From the NCBI GenBank assembly GCA_965113315.1, contig OZ220363.1: a stretch of 64,000 nt of DNA, one strand, 5' to 3'. The notes under the pieces are model-generated. The model saw nothing but the letters and a program-made list of their open reading frames with translations, was not told where the DNA came from and ran no database searches. Shown here piece by piece: positions 37,222-49,734 of the stretch. The translations under genes were made by a program, and so were the position numbers. Positions within the stretch are counted from its first letter, which is position 1. Every line of letters begins with the position of its first letter. The DNA comes from Podarcis vaucheri (lineage: Eukaryota).

Positions 37222-38339
37222 GAGATATATTTCCTGATTTGAAATGCTATTTGCCCACTAAGAAAAGCCATACTGAATAGCTCAAAATCAGGGAACAAGG
37301 AAAAGCTTACATACACGCATGTTTTGAATTACACTTACTATAGCAGTATGTTAATACTTGTGGAATGAGTGTTTGCAGTTAGCACCAGTTATTCCTTGAG
37401 ATACGATCACTGTACTGCTTTGTCTTTTTTATATTATTATTGTTGTTATCAATTAAAAATATTCAAGAAACATATTTTAAAAGTTCCCTTTGGTAGTTTT
37501 GGGCGTCCAAAATTAAACTTGTGTTATCTAAAGATTCTTTGAGGTCTTAAACTTTGGTATACTGTTAATTGGCTGTGGCCCGAATGATAAAAACGCACAT
37601 CAAAGATGTGATATATCAGAGAAATAATAAGTGTTTCCTTGCATGAGCTTTTAATTCTTGTTATGGATCCGTGGTGCTCAGAGTTAGTTGTGATGCAGAA
37701 TTTCTTCATTATCTGTGTTTTTAATTGAAGATCCCTTCTACAGATGTCCACAGTGAGCCAGATGAGACCATGTGTAGTAAATGACATAATTACCACCCAT
37801 TTAGTTGAGTCTTGCAGTTTGAGAACGTATAAGAGAGTTCAAAGCCTATAATATTCCTCTGAAGGCTTCGTTCTTATCAATAAGGGGAGAAATCAGTGTA
37901 CATTGTGTAACTTAATAGCCTCCTTGCAATGCGGCAGTCTGGTGATGAACTTTGGTCTATTGTTCCTGCAATCTCAATTTAATTTTACAAGGCCCATCAC
38001 ACCAAGAGTTTTATAATCACCCAAGGCTTCTCCTGCTTTCAAAGCTTCCATTCTCATTCTACACTAGGATTTGTTGAAAGCCAGTGTGATTTAGTGGCTG
38101 CAAGCCAAGCTCTAAGCCTCTTCTGCTGTTGACACATTGGGTGCCCTTGGGCAAGTCAGACATTTTTCAGACCAGTTTGCCATAAGTAATTAAAAGTGGG
38201 ATCATAGCAAACTCTCCAAGTGTCTCTATTTTCCAGGGATGTCCCTGTTTTAGAGAAGCCGTCCCAGTTTCTGATTTGATCCCAGAATGTCCCACTTTCC
38301 CTTAGAATGTCCCTATTTTCATTAGAGAAATGTTGGAGA

Positions 38340-38342
<3 letters not shown>

Positions 38343-38397
<55 letters not shown>

Positions 38398-38560
38398 TTT
38401 ATTTATACCCCGCCCATCTGGCTGGGTTTCCCTAGCCACTCTGGGCAGCTTCCAAATGACTATTAAAAACACAGCACAACATCAAACATTAAAAACTTCC
38501 CTTCGGGTGTCTTTTAAAAGTAAGATAGTTGCTTATTGCCTAGATATCTGCTGGGAGGGA
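38343..38560 (-). mobile_element. L2-like 3' tail with (AAT)n, inserted in a GGGAC-rich repeat
   Basis: (AAT)n followed by TTTATTTATACCCCGCCCATCTGGCTGGG; flanked by a ~28-bp imperfect direct repeat CCCTATTTTCAT.A.AGAAATGTTGGAG. Confidence 0.6.
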
Positions 38561-41192
38561 CGTCCCTATTTTCATCAAAGAAATGTTGGAGGGTATGTCA
38601 TAGTTATAGTTATAGAGTGTGTTTCATCTGTCTCTTTAAGAGACTTACCTGAACTATAAGAGAAGCTCCCCTCCCCTCTTTGGGTGTGATTTCCCCCATA
38701 GCTGAAGGAGAACTAGTTGGAACCTTTGTACTGCCTAAGTAGCAAGTCCTTGCTGCTATGCTGATTTGTTGTTCTGTCATTCATAAAGATTCTCATGACT
38801 TCTGCTGCTTATTGGAATTAGAGGAGACCCTTTGCACACAGTGACCAACCATCCTTCCCAAACCCTTGGGATGCTACATGGTGTCAGAAGTGGGCATGCA
38901 CTTTCAATAAACTAGACACTTTTCTAACAACAAGCCTGCAGTTATTGCTGGAAGCTGCAATATTGATGTTTTCATGCCTCCTCCTTAGCTGTGCCTGACT
39001 AGAAATTTGGGGGAGAACTGGAAAAGGTGAGATCAAAAGTTTCTTTTCTTCTGTACTATCCCATGGGTTTGGTGAAGATACTCACTGTGTCCGCTTCGTA
39101 AAAGTCGTATATACCTGCCTCAGAACAATACCACCTTTCATGAATATTCACTAAATGGCAACATTTTGGTTTTTTTCATGATTTTTATGCAATTGTATCC
39201 TGGAATGGATTGGGAATCTTTTTTAAAAAATAAACAAATAAAGGCAAGCTAGAAAAATGGCAGAGATGCTGTTGATTTTATCTACATGCAAGTAATTTTG
39301 CTGTTTACTTTTTTAAAGTCTGTTTATTTTATTGGTAGTTTCATTTGAATATTTTGTTTTATTTTTTATACTCTCTTATGTAAACCACAGGGCATTTTTT
39401 AGTAAGCAGCATATAAATCTCATAGTAGTAAATATAATAAATCAAACACATAAGGATAAATTAAAATTGCTAATGCCAGAGGAAGGAATACATTTCCAGA
39501 TGTATTATCAGCTGAAATTAGGCAGGCCCCCAGCTTCATAATCTTTAGTCACCTACTGAAGATGTTTTTGTTTAAGGAGCTTTTCCATGAGGGGTAACCC
39601 AGTCATTTATGGAATATTAACTGCACACCTGTAGGAATAGTTTTATTGTTTCTTGAGTTGGTAGAAATGGTTTGCACTTTTTTTTAGAATTTGTATTATT
39701 GTAAATTATTTTTGTATGATTTTTTATCGTGTTGCACACTGCTTCGATAGCCTTAGGCCAAGAAGCATTTTATACACTTGTGTAATAAATAAATGAAATG
39801 AAATGTGCAGGTATGGTCTAGAGGATCCTAGGCAATATTAAGGAGGCCTTGAAAATAAGCCCTCACTGTATCTCATGCTGTTCATTCTGTTAATTCCCTT
39901 TTCAAAATTTGAGCTTTGCCTCCTTGTAACCCATGGTGACTTCAAGACAAAAACGAATGCATCCGAGAGGAAAAGTTGTGTCAGTCAGCTTAACAGCAGG
40001 ACCAGTAATTGCCCTTGATTCTATCCGAAATGAATCTCTACATTTGGGGCTTTCTTTTCTTTTGGGGTTAGCTTCCCATTGTGTTCTTTTGTCTTCTTTC
40101 CAGCACAGCCATTACATTTTCAAGATATTCAATTTACATAATTGAGGACGTCCAGTTAATTTTAGGAAAATTACTACTTTGTGGGGGGAAAATAACTGTT
40201 ATACAGTAATTACTCTAAAGATATGCTGCTTTGTGTCAGGCACAATGAAATTAGTGGGTTTAAAAAAATTAAAAACATAGGCTTCTAAGCTCTCAGTGCC
40301 ACATTTAAAGGAAGAACGAATCCTGTTCGGAGACAGCTTAGCAAATTAACCACGGTGCTTGGGCACACGTTGGGTGAAGATGTGTGATTTTCAAACATCG
40401 CTAATAGGAATACTAAAAGAAGGCACTGATTTTTGCTATAGTAAATTTGCTTGTCAGGCTGCAAGATGTGCTTTCTCTACAGATGCCCATTAGAGAAGAT
40501 TACTGTGTGAAAAACCAGATAGAAAGGAATAAGTGAAGGCAAGATGGATGAAAAGGGCATAGCCATCTGGTTGGCTACTGTGAAAAACAGGGCACTGGTC
40601 AAGGCAGGCCTTTGATCAGATCCAGCAGCACACCTCTTATAAAACACGAGCCAGTGAGGTGGGAGAAGGAAAAGTACCAAAGGAGCTGTGAGGTACACAG
40701 GACCCACACCTGTGACTGAAATGTGCATAAAATTTGCATACAATGATGCAAGGTGAATTACAATGGTGTGGGACTGCAATGTAACCAGCACTGCAATTTG
40801 CAGCATGCCCAGTTGCCTGGTAAATAAAGTTTTAAAAAAGAGGTTTTAAAAAGAGGGAAAGGAGATCTCTAAAGACCCAGAGCTGACCTTCCTGGGATTT
40901 CCCCTCACAACATCCAGCAATTCACTGAGGGAAAACAAAAGGTAAACATTCTGTTCCTACCACACCCTTCCGTTTACCCACCATAGAAGTCAACTCCTAG
41001 GGGCTGAGGTCCTTTCACACAGCCCTAAAATATGTGAGGGGGCCAGCCCTCCCACAAAGTTGGTGGGCATTGCCATTTAAAATTGTGTACATGTTCTGCG
41101 TCATGTGATTGATTATATGGGGCAGGTACCCCGATCCCTGTAATATTTTATTCAAGTTGTCATCCTTGCTACCTATCACCCATCCTCTAGAC

Positions 41193-41328
41193 CAGGCATC
41201 CGCAAACTCGGCCCTCCAGAAGTTTTGGGACTACCATTCCCATCATCTGTGGCCACTGGTCCTGTTAGCTAGGGATGATGGGAGTTGTAGTCCCAAAACA
41301 TCTGGAGGGCTGACTTTGGGAATGCCTG
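41193..41328. mobile_element. hAT MITE (136 bp, palindromic)
   Basis: TIR CAGGCAT.C / GAATGCCTG with long internal inverted arms; 8-bp TSD CTCTAGAC / TTCTAGAC. Older relatives at ~17687-17810 and ~35590-35730. Confidence 0.88.
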
Positions 41329-43039
41329 TTCTAGACTGAAGACTTCATTCTCCCTCCCCACCTTCGTTCCCTCCATTTTAAGGTCTGTTGTCTCCCCTGC
41401 TGTAGTTTCCCTGAAATAAGGCCAAGAGTCAAATGTCCCAAACCTGGTGTAACTGAGCTAGCTGGTCCTGTGGTTTGACTTGGTGCATGGCAGCTTCCTT
41501 ACTGCATGCAGTATCTCAGCAGTACCCACAACAGGAAATAAATGTAAGTTTGAAATTGGCTGTCATACGTCTACACAAGGCAAATCACATTCATATATAC
41601 TATGCATCTTACTTTGCACAGAATGGCAAGTGTTTCTTACCTAAGCACTCTGCTCCTTTTTTCTGTCATTGAAAAACAACAACCACAAACCACCAAATCC
41701 ATCTCATCTCACCCTCAAGTGAAAATGAGATATTGAACGCGGTAGACAGGACTCTCTCTCTCCTTCCTAGCTCCCTGTCTCTCTTTATACCTCCAACTTT
41801 TCATTTTGGTACAACAAAGAGTATCTCTGGCCTCTGATCCTTCGCAAGCACCGCGTCAGAAAGTGGCGCGGTTCTTAACAAGCTATTGAAGAGATGACAA
41901 TATTGCAAAGTAACTCCATCCTCTGCATTTGACTGACATGGCTTTAGATTTTTTTCTTTTTTCTTTTTTTTACAACATTCAAATTCAAATCTACATGGTG
42001 ATGGCTTCAGCTCAGCCATCAAGAAGAAACAGCAATGTATTTATTTTTTGACATTCGATTGGAGTGTGTGTGTGTGGACTATGTAATGCAGACCAATATT
42101 GACTTTAATTTTCTTTTTAAATTAGTTTTTCTGCTTCTCAGTAATTCACTCTCAGATGCATTCTGTTGATTATATTTTGGATAGGTCTGAACTCTTGTCT
42201 CTTGTAGCAGACAAGTACCTCCATTTTCTCTATCAGTGTTTCTGCTAGCAAAACACAATGGCTGCATGCATTACACATCCATTTCTCCACTTCAGGTTAC
42301 CCAAATCTGTTTTGTTAGAGAGAAAATCCGACAAAACACTGTATGAAGTGTATTTCCGCAACCCTTTACAGTCAATCTTAATGCACTTGATGTGAGTACA
42401 ACTTTGTAACATATGGTTTAAGGCCTTTTTACATAACTTCCTTGCTGATGAATTCTGAAAATAGCTGGAGGGGGACAATCTGGATAAGCTATGGACTAAG
42501 TGCTGTGGTTTGATCCAAATCCTCATGTTTACCCCGTGAGCACTAAACGGTTTGATTTCCCGTCTATCTAGTGTGGCTTACAGTCTCAGACGGAATACAG
42601 TGATAACTCTATATTGTAAATAACATATTTTGCCTTAAAAGGGCTAGTTACCAAATATTTAGCTTGGGATCTTGTAGAAATCAGAGTGTATCTCTGTGTG
42701 TATATTCACAGGTGTGATTACACCCTTGAAAATGCCACCGAAACAAAGGAAAAAAGAGAATTTTATGTAGGTCCTCTACATGGCAAACATCACTGTTCTT
42801 GAGTGTAGAGAGGATGTTGCAAATTCTCCTATTCTTAAACTGAGGTGGAGCCAAATGTCTCAACAGCCCAATCCTGGTCCCTGCTTTAGCTGTTGTTGGT
42901 AGTGCTGTGGGGGAAAATTACCTCACATATTTTGACTTTTCTCCACCAATTAAAGAGGAAAGAAATTACAGTTAAAATTATCAGTGGGGGCAGAAAATTT
43001 TGGTATGATTCTCATGGGTGGGGCACAAAATTTCCAGCT

Positions 43040-43465
43040 CTTCTTCTTGGCATCCATCTGTCTTGGGAGAGAATGGAGGAATGCGCCTTTGGGGGTGGAG
43101 TCAAACTGTTGGGAGGTTACAATGTCTGTTGTTGCTGTAGAGACTGATATGGGAGAGACATGTTTTGTTGCAGCTGGGACAGATGAAGGCATCCAGTTGT
43201 GCTGCTGCAGATGCACCATGGCGTTTCTTCTCTCTGTGCTCCTCACAGCAGTCATTGCTCCTCTGGTCACTGCTATGGCCGAATGACCTGACTGCCTGTC
43301 TCCAGGCACTGTAGTAATCTGCAAGGGATTTCCACATGGCAGGGTTGATGCCGCCAGCCTTTATGTCCCATGTGAAGACATCTTTGTAATGCAGAGTTGG
43401 CCTGCCAACAGGTCTAGTGCCTGAAGCCAGCTCCCTGTAGAGCACGCCCTTGCAGATCCTGCCAT
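43040..43465 (-). mobile_element. RTE-clade LINE 3' fragment
   Basis: ORF 43101-43445: LYRELASG.R.VGRP.LHYKD...W..LA...SAWR..., a C-terminal CxxC zinc-finger-like motif, and a short 3' UTR ending in (GAA)n. Confidence 0.8.
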
Positions 43466-46309
43466 TGCTTCATCTGCTTGCTGCTGTCTGTAATGGCCTC
43501 ACCTGATGAAGTTTTCAATGGTTCATTTTCCTGACTGTTGGTAAAAAGGCTTTCTTCATGCCTTTGTAAATTTTGCAAGTATGCCCAGTATCACCAGAGT
43601 GCTGAATGCTCTGACACAGTTTTAGCCAGTAGTTATTGACACATCATGTGGCATTATCTTTGAACACTAGCATATACATAAAATCAATACAAATTCAATA
43701 CAGAACCAGCTGGGATAAATACTGTAATAGACTTGTTGAAAAAGGGATATTTTTACCATATGCTAAAAAGATAATAGATACATTGTTGTTGTTGTTAATT
43801 TAGGGGAAGAAGGCACACAACGCCTTTGTTTTAGTGGAAACTGTGTACAATTTTAATGCAATTTTTGTTGCATTAAAAAAAAATACCCACATGGGACCGA
43901 TTTCTGATTATGTACATGCCAATCTTGCATGGACTGGAGATAGGCTGATCTGCTATCCCTGCTCTTGGAAAAAGCCTAGGATTAGCTACCGCTACTGTTT
44001 TGCTTTTTAAAAAACAACTTCCACCGACTTCTGTTCTTCTAACAACACTTAACAACAATGCCTGGTTTTTAAAGCACATCAAAGAGTTGATTTACAAATG
44101 TCTGTTATCATTTCCTTCTCCTGAAGATTATTTGAGGCAAGCTTCTTCTTGTTTTTTCATTCTGAATTTTCCAGCTGCTCTGGGAAGGGACTATAAAATG
44201 TTTCTTCCTTAAGGGAGCCACTAGGGTTTTTGAGTATTATAGTATTCAGAGATGTGTTTTACACACAGCGGTAGCCAAACATGAAGTGTTAAATGGTTGT
44301 ACTGGGGCCAATACAGAGGCAATTTGGCATGCAAATTATTTGCAGGAATGCTGCTGTTTTTCATGAGTCTGATACATTCTGGTCGTCCCTGAAGATGCTT
44401 GTGGGAGACTGGGGTGAAAATTACAGAGTGTTTAAGAATTTTAATGTGATTTTTATTGCATTCTAGTTTTTAATAGAATTCATAGCTTGAAAGTGCAGTT
44501 GAAAAGCAGCTGTGATTGGGCTTTCTTTACACTGTTGCTTTTACCTTAGAATTCTAAATGTACATCCATGCCCCAGCATTCCTATTATCTAAGCAAACAC
44601 TGGACAGAATATTGGACTTGTAGCTCCCTGTGCCACATAGGACTCTTGAGGCTGAATCTATGTTTCTAAGAATCCTCCATGTTGCAGAATGTGTTCTGAC
44701 ATTCTACAAGCTAAACAATTTCCACAACAGGAAAAATAAGTCTCTTATTTTCTGATTGCTGAGAAAACATACTGTTATGTAACACATAACAAAAACCCCA
44801 AAACTTTTGGTGACAGCATTTTGTTAATACTCCAGGTGGTTCAAGATGATTGTGGGAGTCCCATGCAAAAACTGGCAATACACCCCAGAACTAGTAATGT
44901 ATTAAATGTTTACACATATTCAGGAAATTCTAGGGCACAATGTCTCCTAAGAGAGGAGTGAGCAGAAGGTAGATTGGGACCACAGTATCGCTGAGAGGTG
45001 GATAGGAAGGAAAGCAGAGCAGCCCAGCAATGCCTCTGACGTTTTGGTCAACAATGAACCCCCATCAGCTCCAGCGCCTACCAGCCTCCACTGATCAGCA
45101 GGAGTTTTGATTTTAATAATAATAGCAACAAAAAGACATTTTCTCCCTTCTAAATCAAGATAATGAAGGCTAGGTGGAAAATATTGATTAAGCTATATTT
45201 CTTGACATTGCTTGCTAAAATAATAAGATGAACACATAGTGGAAACATCCTTGAATGTCTTGTTCGTACGTAGAAAGTCTTTGTTTAGGAAATGCTGGCA
45301 TGTAGTTGGTAGACTGGGCTTCAGACAGTTCATTGTTTTAAGTATGACTTCAAAAGACAGGACAGAAATATTTCTGAAGTTCAAGCAAGTTTAATTCTGT
45401 AATCAAGGGAGAAATATGAAGATGAAGCAAATATTGGTCTTAACATATAACCTGGAGCTAAATAACTCCATTGTTGAAGAGTGCTTATCAGAGACCCTTT
45501 TAAGTTAGATTAGCTTGCTCTAAGGGTGCCTCCAGACCCTAACTGTGGGAGGGATTTAGGTTTCTGCAATTGAAGTGCATGACAGCACTGTCATCCCAGT
45601 CTAGCAAATCCCTTTTTAAAAACCTGACATTTTAGGAAAGCAACAAGGAAGTGTGCTTTGTTTTAATTTCTTGGAAGCTGTAAAATGTGGGGTGAACAAT
45701 TTGCTAATGGGAAGGCGTGTAAATATCCCACAAGCTGAGCTTGGTTCCTGTTAAAAAGTGGCATTGCCAACCACTACTGAAAAGCATCCAGAGGTCTGGT
45801 AAGGAAGCAATGAATAGAGCTGCAACTGAGTCAGGCTGCTCAGGGACCCTGTCCAGGAGTCATTAGCCAGAGCCCAGCCCAACTGACCATTGACACTGAG
45901 CCTGGCAAGCAGAGAGGGGAAATGAGTCTCAGTAATGTACCCCAATATTCATTCTTTCCTCTCTACTCTACCTCTTGTTCCTCCATAGAGGAAAAGCATT
46001 ATCCAGAGTGGTCCTAATGTAATTCCTTTCCATTCCAATAAAAAGTAGTGATAGAAATAGATGATACAGCTACTTCACAGGGACTTGGGGAGGTAATGAC
46101 TTTAATTTGTTTGTAGATCTCAGATGAAAGATGCAATAAAAATGCAAATAACTATTATTATTTATGTAGCTCTGTTATAAACATGACCTAGGGATGTACA
46201 GGAGATCAGCCTAAACTGCCAGGTTCCACAGCTGCTCTGCTCTAAGGCAGGGCCATTTTATTTAGTGATGTAAAGGACAGTTGCCCAGCTGTCAGTTAGC
46301 ATCAGAAGA

Positions 46310-46681
46310 CCGGTACACTCAATACAATACAAAAACACACAAAAAACACAAAATGTGCAAACCGAAACAATAACTCGCACAGCTTTAAAGGCCATAGATT
46401 ATTAGCCAAAGGCCTAGGAGAAGAGAAATGTTTTTGCCAGGTGCCTAAGTATATCTATTGAAGGCACCAGGTAAGCCCCTGCCCCTCTGAGGAGAGCATT
46501 CCACAAGGGAGAAGCCACTGCAAAAACGGCCCATTCTCACATTGCTGCCCTCTGGACGTTTCACCGAGGAGGCACACAAAACGATCACAGGGTCTGGGTT
46601 GGTTCATATGATTAGAGGCAGTACTTGATCTACTGCAGTCCTGAGCTGTTGAAAGCTTTATAGTTCAAACCCAGCACTTGA
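46310..46681 (-). mobile_element. Old L2-like LINE 3' part, left half; interrupted by a nested insertion and continuing at 54955-55175
   Basis: ...AAAGCTTTATAGTTCAAACCCAGCACTT joins to TGAACTGGGCCCAGAAACTAAT... in the pattern of squamate L2 3' regions. Confidence 0.65.
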
Positions 46682-46714
46682 GATTTATGGATGAAGGCAG
46701 TATACAAATTTAAA

Positions 46715-46932
46715 CAAAGCGTGTTCTCACTAAGGGAGAGCACGTGTTGCGGCTGGGGCCAGGCAAAGCACCCTTTAGTTGCCAGGCAGAATTGTTGGAA
46801 GGGGCCTGGCCAGGATTGGTGTTGGCGTTGCTGGGGCAAATAGTATGTTGCCAATTTGGGGGTGGAGATCAGAGGATATTTAAGCAAGGCCCACAGAGAG
46901 TTGCTTTCTCTTTCACTGTGGGCATCGGATCA
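46715..46932 (+). repeat. Split direct repeat A1 (218 bp); copies A2 53301-53518 and A3 54116-54333
   Basis: CAAAGCGTGTTCTC...GGCATCGGATCA occurs three times, identical by eye. Confidence 0.97.
46877..46883 (+). promoter_or_regulatory. TATA-like box in repeat A (putative element promoter)
   Basis: TATTTAA ~30 bp upstream of a pyrimidine-rich Inr-like TTTCACT, close to the 3' end of A. Confidence 0.45.
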
Positions 46933-47099
46933 GCTCGGATCGAACCATAGCGAAGGACTGGTTGTATACAACTTATTCCATTCCCAATCTCCTCTCCTTT
47001 TAATTTTATTTAATTTACCTATTTCTTTGCCTCTGGTAATTTGCCATATTCCTCTTCATATTTTCTCTTCTTTCTGAGTTTTCTTGGGCTTCTTAATTT

Positions 47100-47950
47100 C
47101 AGTTAGACCCCTGACGCAGCTCCCCCGGGGGCTTCGGGCCCTGCGGGCCGCTGGGGGTGGCCGGGTTAGGCACCAGACCCTAGGCTTACGGTCCGGTACA
47201 CGGCTGAAGCAGGCGAAGGGGGTCGGTCCTTTGGGACCCGGCTATTGCCGGCTGGCACTCTTGGCCTGAAGCAGCAGGCCCGGGGGGATCGCAAGGCCAG
47301 GGGTCTGTAGTTAATAGCTTAGGCTCATTTAATCTCGCCCCCTTCCCCCCTTTTCCCTCCCCCCTTTTTCTTTACCCGTATTGGATCGGGCACTTACCGG
47401 GTCGTCGGTGGCCTCCTTTCTCGTGCGCTCCGACGCGCCTGGCTCGGCCGAGTCAGGCCGAGTGGGTGGAGGCGCCGCGCAGGCGCCTGGGTGAGCGGCC
47501 GATTCGCGCTTCGCGCTCTCGGCGGCTAGGCCCGCGAGGCCTTTAGGCGCCCGAGGCCTCGTTCGAGAGGCTGAGCGGTGCTTTCCTCCCCCCCCGGGTT
47601 GTTGTGGGGCGGCGGGGGAGCCGGCGACAGGCCGCGGGGCGGCTTCCCGGCCTAAAGAAGGGCCTCCGCGTTCCCTCCCCCCACGCTCACGCGGGTGGCG
47701 GTGTTGGCGCGCTCCTACCGGGCCGCTTCGGGTGGTGGGGCTGCGTAGGCGCCGCTGCTCGGTTCGGCCTCCTCGGCCCATAATCGGCCTAATTTAGGCC
47801 TTTGGGAGGGGGCCTGCTGACCAAGGGCGGTGAGGGCCGCCATTTTGGTGTTTTGGCGCGAGCGCCAATTTTTCTTTAGCCTTTCTGCATTAGTGTGCTG
47901 GCCTCTAGTGGCCATTGATAGCAAGTGCAGCCTATAATTGGCCTAGGCTG
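47100..47950. promoter_or_regulatory. CpG-island-like GC-rich 5' leader of the Ngaro element
   Basis: Very high GC and CpG density against a CpG-depleted background; YY1-like GCCGCCATTTT near 47837. Confidence 0.7.
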
Positions 47951-48102
47951 CCGGTGTGCCACCTGCTGGTGAGCGGTATAATTACACCTGCCTGGAATTA
48001 ATTGGTTTACTTTGCAGTTTTAAGCTATTTCTTGGTCAGAGTAAGTTTTATTCCTAAAATTACTTGCATTCATTGTTAATTTGTATACCGTTGGCAGCAG
48101 GT

Positions 48103-49734
48103 ATGGCTCCAAAGAATAGGGCGGCAAAGAGGCCTGGGCCGGAGCCCTCAGCAAAGCAGCCCATGAAAGCAAAGAGGCCTATAAAGGGCCCGTCCCAGGC
48201 TTTGCGGTCACCTCGGCCGGATCAGTCGATGAGCCGCATCCAGGCCATGATCACTGGTCTGGCTGGTGACCCTCCTGCACTGGCCCGATTGGAGGCTGAA
48301 ATGAATGGCCTGTTACATCGTTGTTCTACTCCATCAACTTCTACTGCAGGGCTGGCCCCTCCTGCTGGCATTGCCTCTTCGGCGTCCTCTTCTAGTGAAG
48401 ATGAGGGAGGGATTGTAGCAGCTGGAGATTCCTCTCCTGGCGCCTTGGCCCAGGCCCCGGACTTACCAGCAGGACCGGCGCCTGCACGAAGGGGTCAGGG
48501 GGGTGCCAGGGGTACGGCCAATAGAAGGGCGTCAGCTAGGATCAGAGCAGCACAGGCGCCGGGCGTCCCGTCTCCTGCGGCTGCACGATTGGTCCCTGGT
48601 CATTCACAGATTCTGTCTTTTCAGTCTCTTCCTGGTGCAATTCAGCAAAGAAGAGGAGCTTCAAGAGGCGGGCCAAGCGGAGTCGGAGGGTCACTTCATC
48701 ATCTGCCTCAGTCAGTTCCAGGCGTCGTGATGCAAGGTGACGCATCCGAGTCCTCTGTGGAGGACAGCCTTCCACCACCTCCAAAGTCGTCTTCGGGTGG
48801 GCTCCGTCGCCGAAAAAAGAGTTCTAGGAGGCACGCCAAGAAGAGACGGAGGGACACTTCATCCTCTTCCGCAGGTACTTCGTCCCAAACATCCAGTAGT
48901 GACGAGGAAGCCTCACTCAAGCTATACTGGGGCTTTGCAGAGACCTCTGGTCTCCCAAAATGGGCTTGGGAGCGGAGGGCAAACTCTCATAGGGCTAGGT
49001 ATGGGGCGGTGCAGGACTGCCTGGAGGGGGTCCTCATGCCTGACGTGAAGGTCTCTACCAATTCGGCTAGGGACATTATTCCCGGTGCCCACTTGCATAC
49101 AAAACTGCGGTCCAGGATTCTGGATGGCCGTTACATTGATATATTTAGTTTGGCACCCCCTCAGGAGTGCCAGGACTCGCAGGATAGGGGTGTGGCAGCC
49201 ACAAAAAAGAGGGTGGTCTTGCCAAAGGTGGAAAGGACCTTCGAGCGATGGTTGGATAGTTTCCAGGTGTTCGCTGGAGTGGTGGCTGCGGCTTACCCAC
49301 AGAGATCCATGCACTTATGGGTTTATTTGTCCATAGTCCGCTCAGCGTTTACGATGGCGGGAGCGTCTGCTGCAATTTCTTATGATGAGAATTTCAGACG
49401 CAGGGCTGCCAAGATCCCCACTGCCCGCTGGGATCGTAAGGATTTAGATGTCTGGACTACTTATGTAGCCCCACGCATCGATAATAAGGTCCCTGAATTG
49501 CAGAAACCTAAGAATGTGCCAGCTAAAATTGGTCGTAAGTTCTTTTGTTGGGACTTTAACAAGGGTACCTGTCAGCGCCAGTTCTGCAGATATTCCCATA
49601 GTTGTGAGAAGTGTGCAGGGAACCACCCGGCATCTTCTTGTGCGGGGGTGCGACGGCCCTTTCGAAAAGGAGGGGGCTCTCAGCAGCCCCCAAAGGCCGC
49701 CCCCCAGGCTACAGTCTCCGGAGCAGGAAAATAG
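48103..49734 (+). CDS. gag: Ngaro ORF1 Gag-like protein (first ATG 48103; 543 aa)
   Basis: Low-complexity basic/Ser-rich N-terminus with an NLS-like RRRKK...KKRRR. Conserved-looking core (I..G.YIDIF.L, W...F.VF, YDE.FRR) and C-terminal CWDFNKGTC...C.Y.H.C..C...H....C zinc finger. Confidence 0.9.
   Translation: MAPKNRAAKRPGPEPSAKQPMKAKRPIKGPSQALRSPRPDQSMSRIQAMITGLAGDPPALARLEAEMNGLLHRCSTPSTSTAGLAPPAGIASSASSSSEDEGGIVAAGDSSPGALAQAPDLPAGPAPARRGQGGARGTANRRASARIRAAQAPGVPSPAAARLVPGHSQILSFQSLPGAIQQRRGASRGGPSGVGGSLHHLPQSVPGVVMQGDASESSVEDSLPPPPKSSSGGLRRRKKSSRRHAKKRRRDTSSSSAGTSSQTSSSDEEASLKLYWGFAETSGLPKWAWERRANSHRARYGAVQDCLEGVLMPDVKVSTNSARDIIPGAHLHTKLRSRILDGRYIDIFSLAPPQECQDSQDRGVAATKKRVVLPKVERTFERWLDSFQVFAGVVAAAYPQRSMHLWVYLSIVRSAFTMAGASAAISYDENFRRRAAKIPTARWDRKDLDVWTTYVAPRIDNKVPELQKPKNVPAKIGRKFFCWDFNKGTCQRQFCRYSHSCEKCAGNHPASSCAGVRRPFRKGGGSQQPPKAAPQATVSGAGK

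Noticed and set aside
38330-38659. Poly-Ile, poly-Tyr and poly-Leu ORFs (also 63520-63834 and 36283-36929)
   Set aside because: Translations of microsatellites and palindromes.
47329-47781. 150-aa antisense ORF in the Ngaro leader
   Set aside because: Arg/Gly/Pro/Ala-rich, as expected from stop-poor GC-rich DNA; no domain motif.
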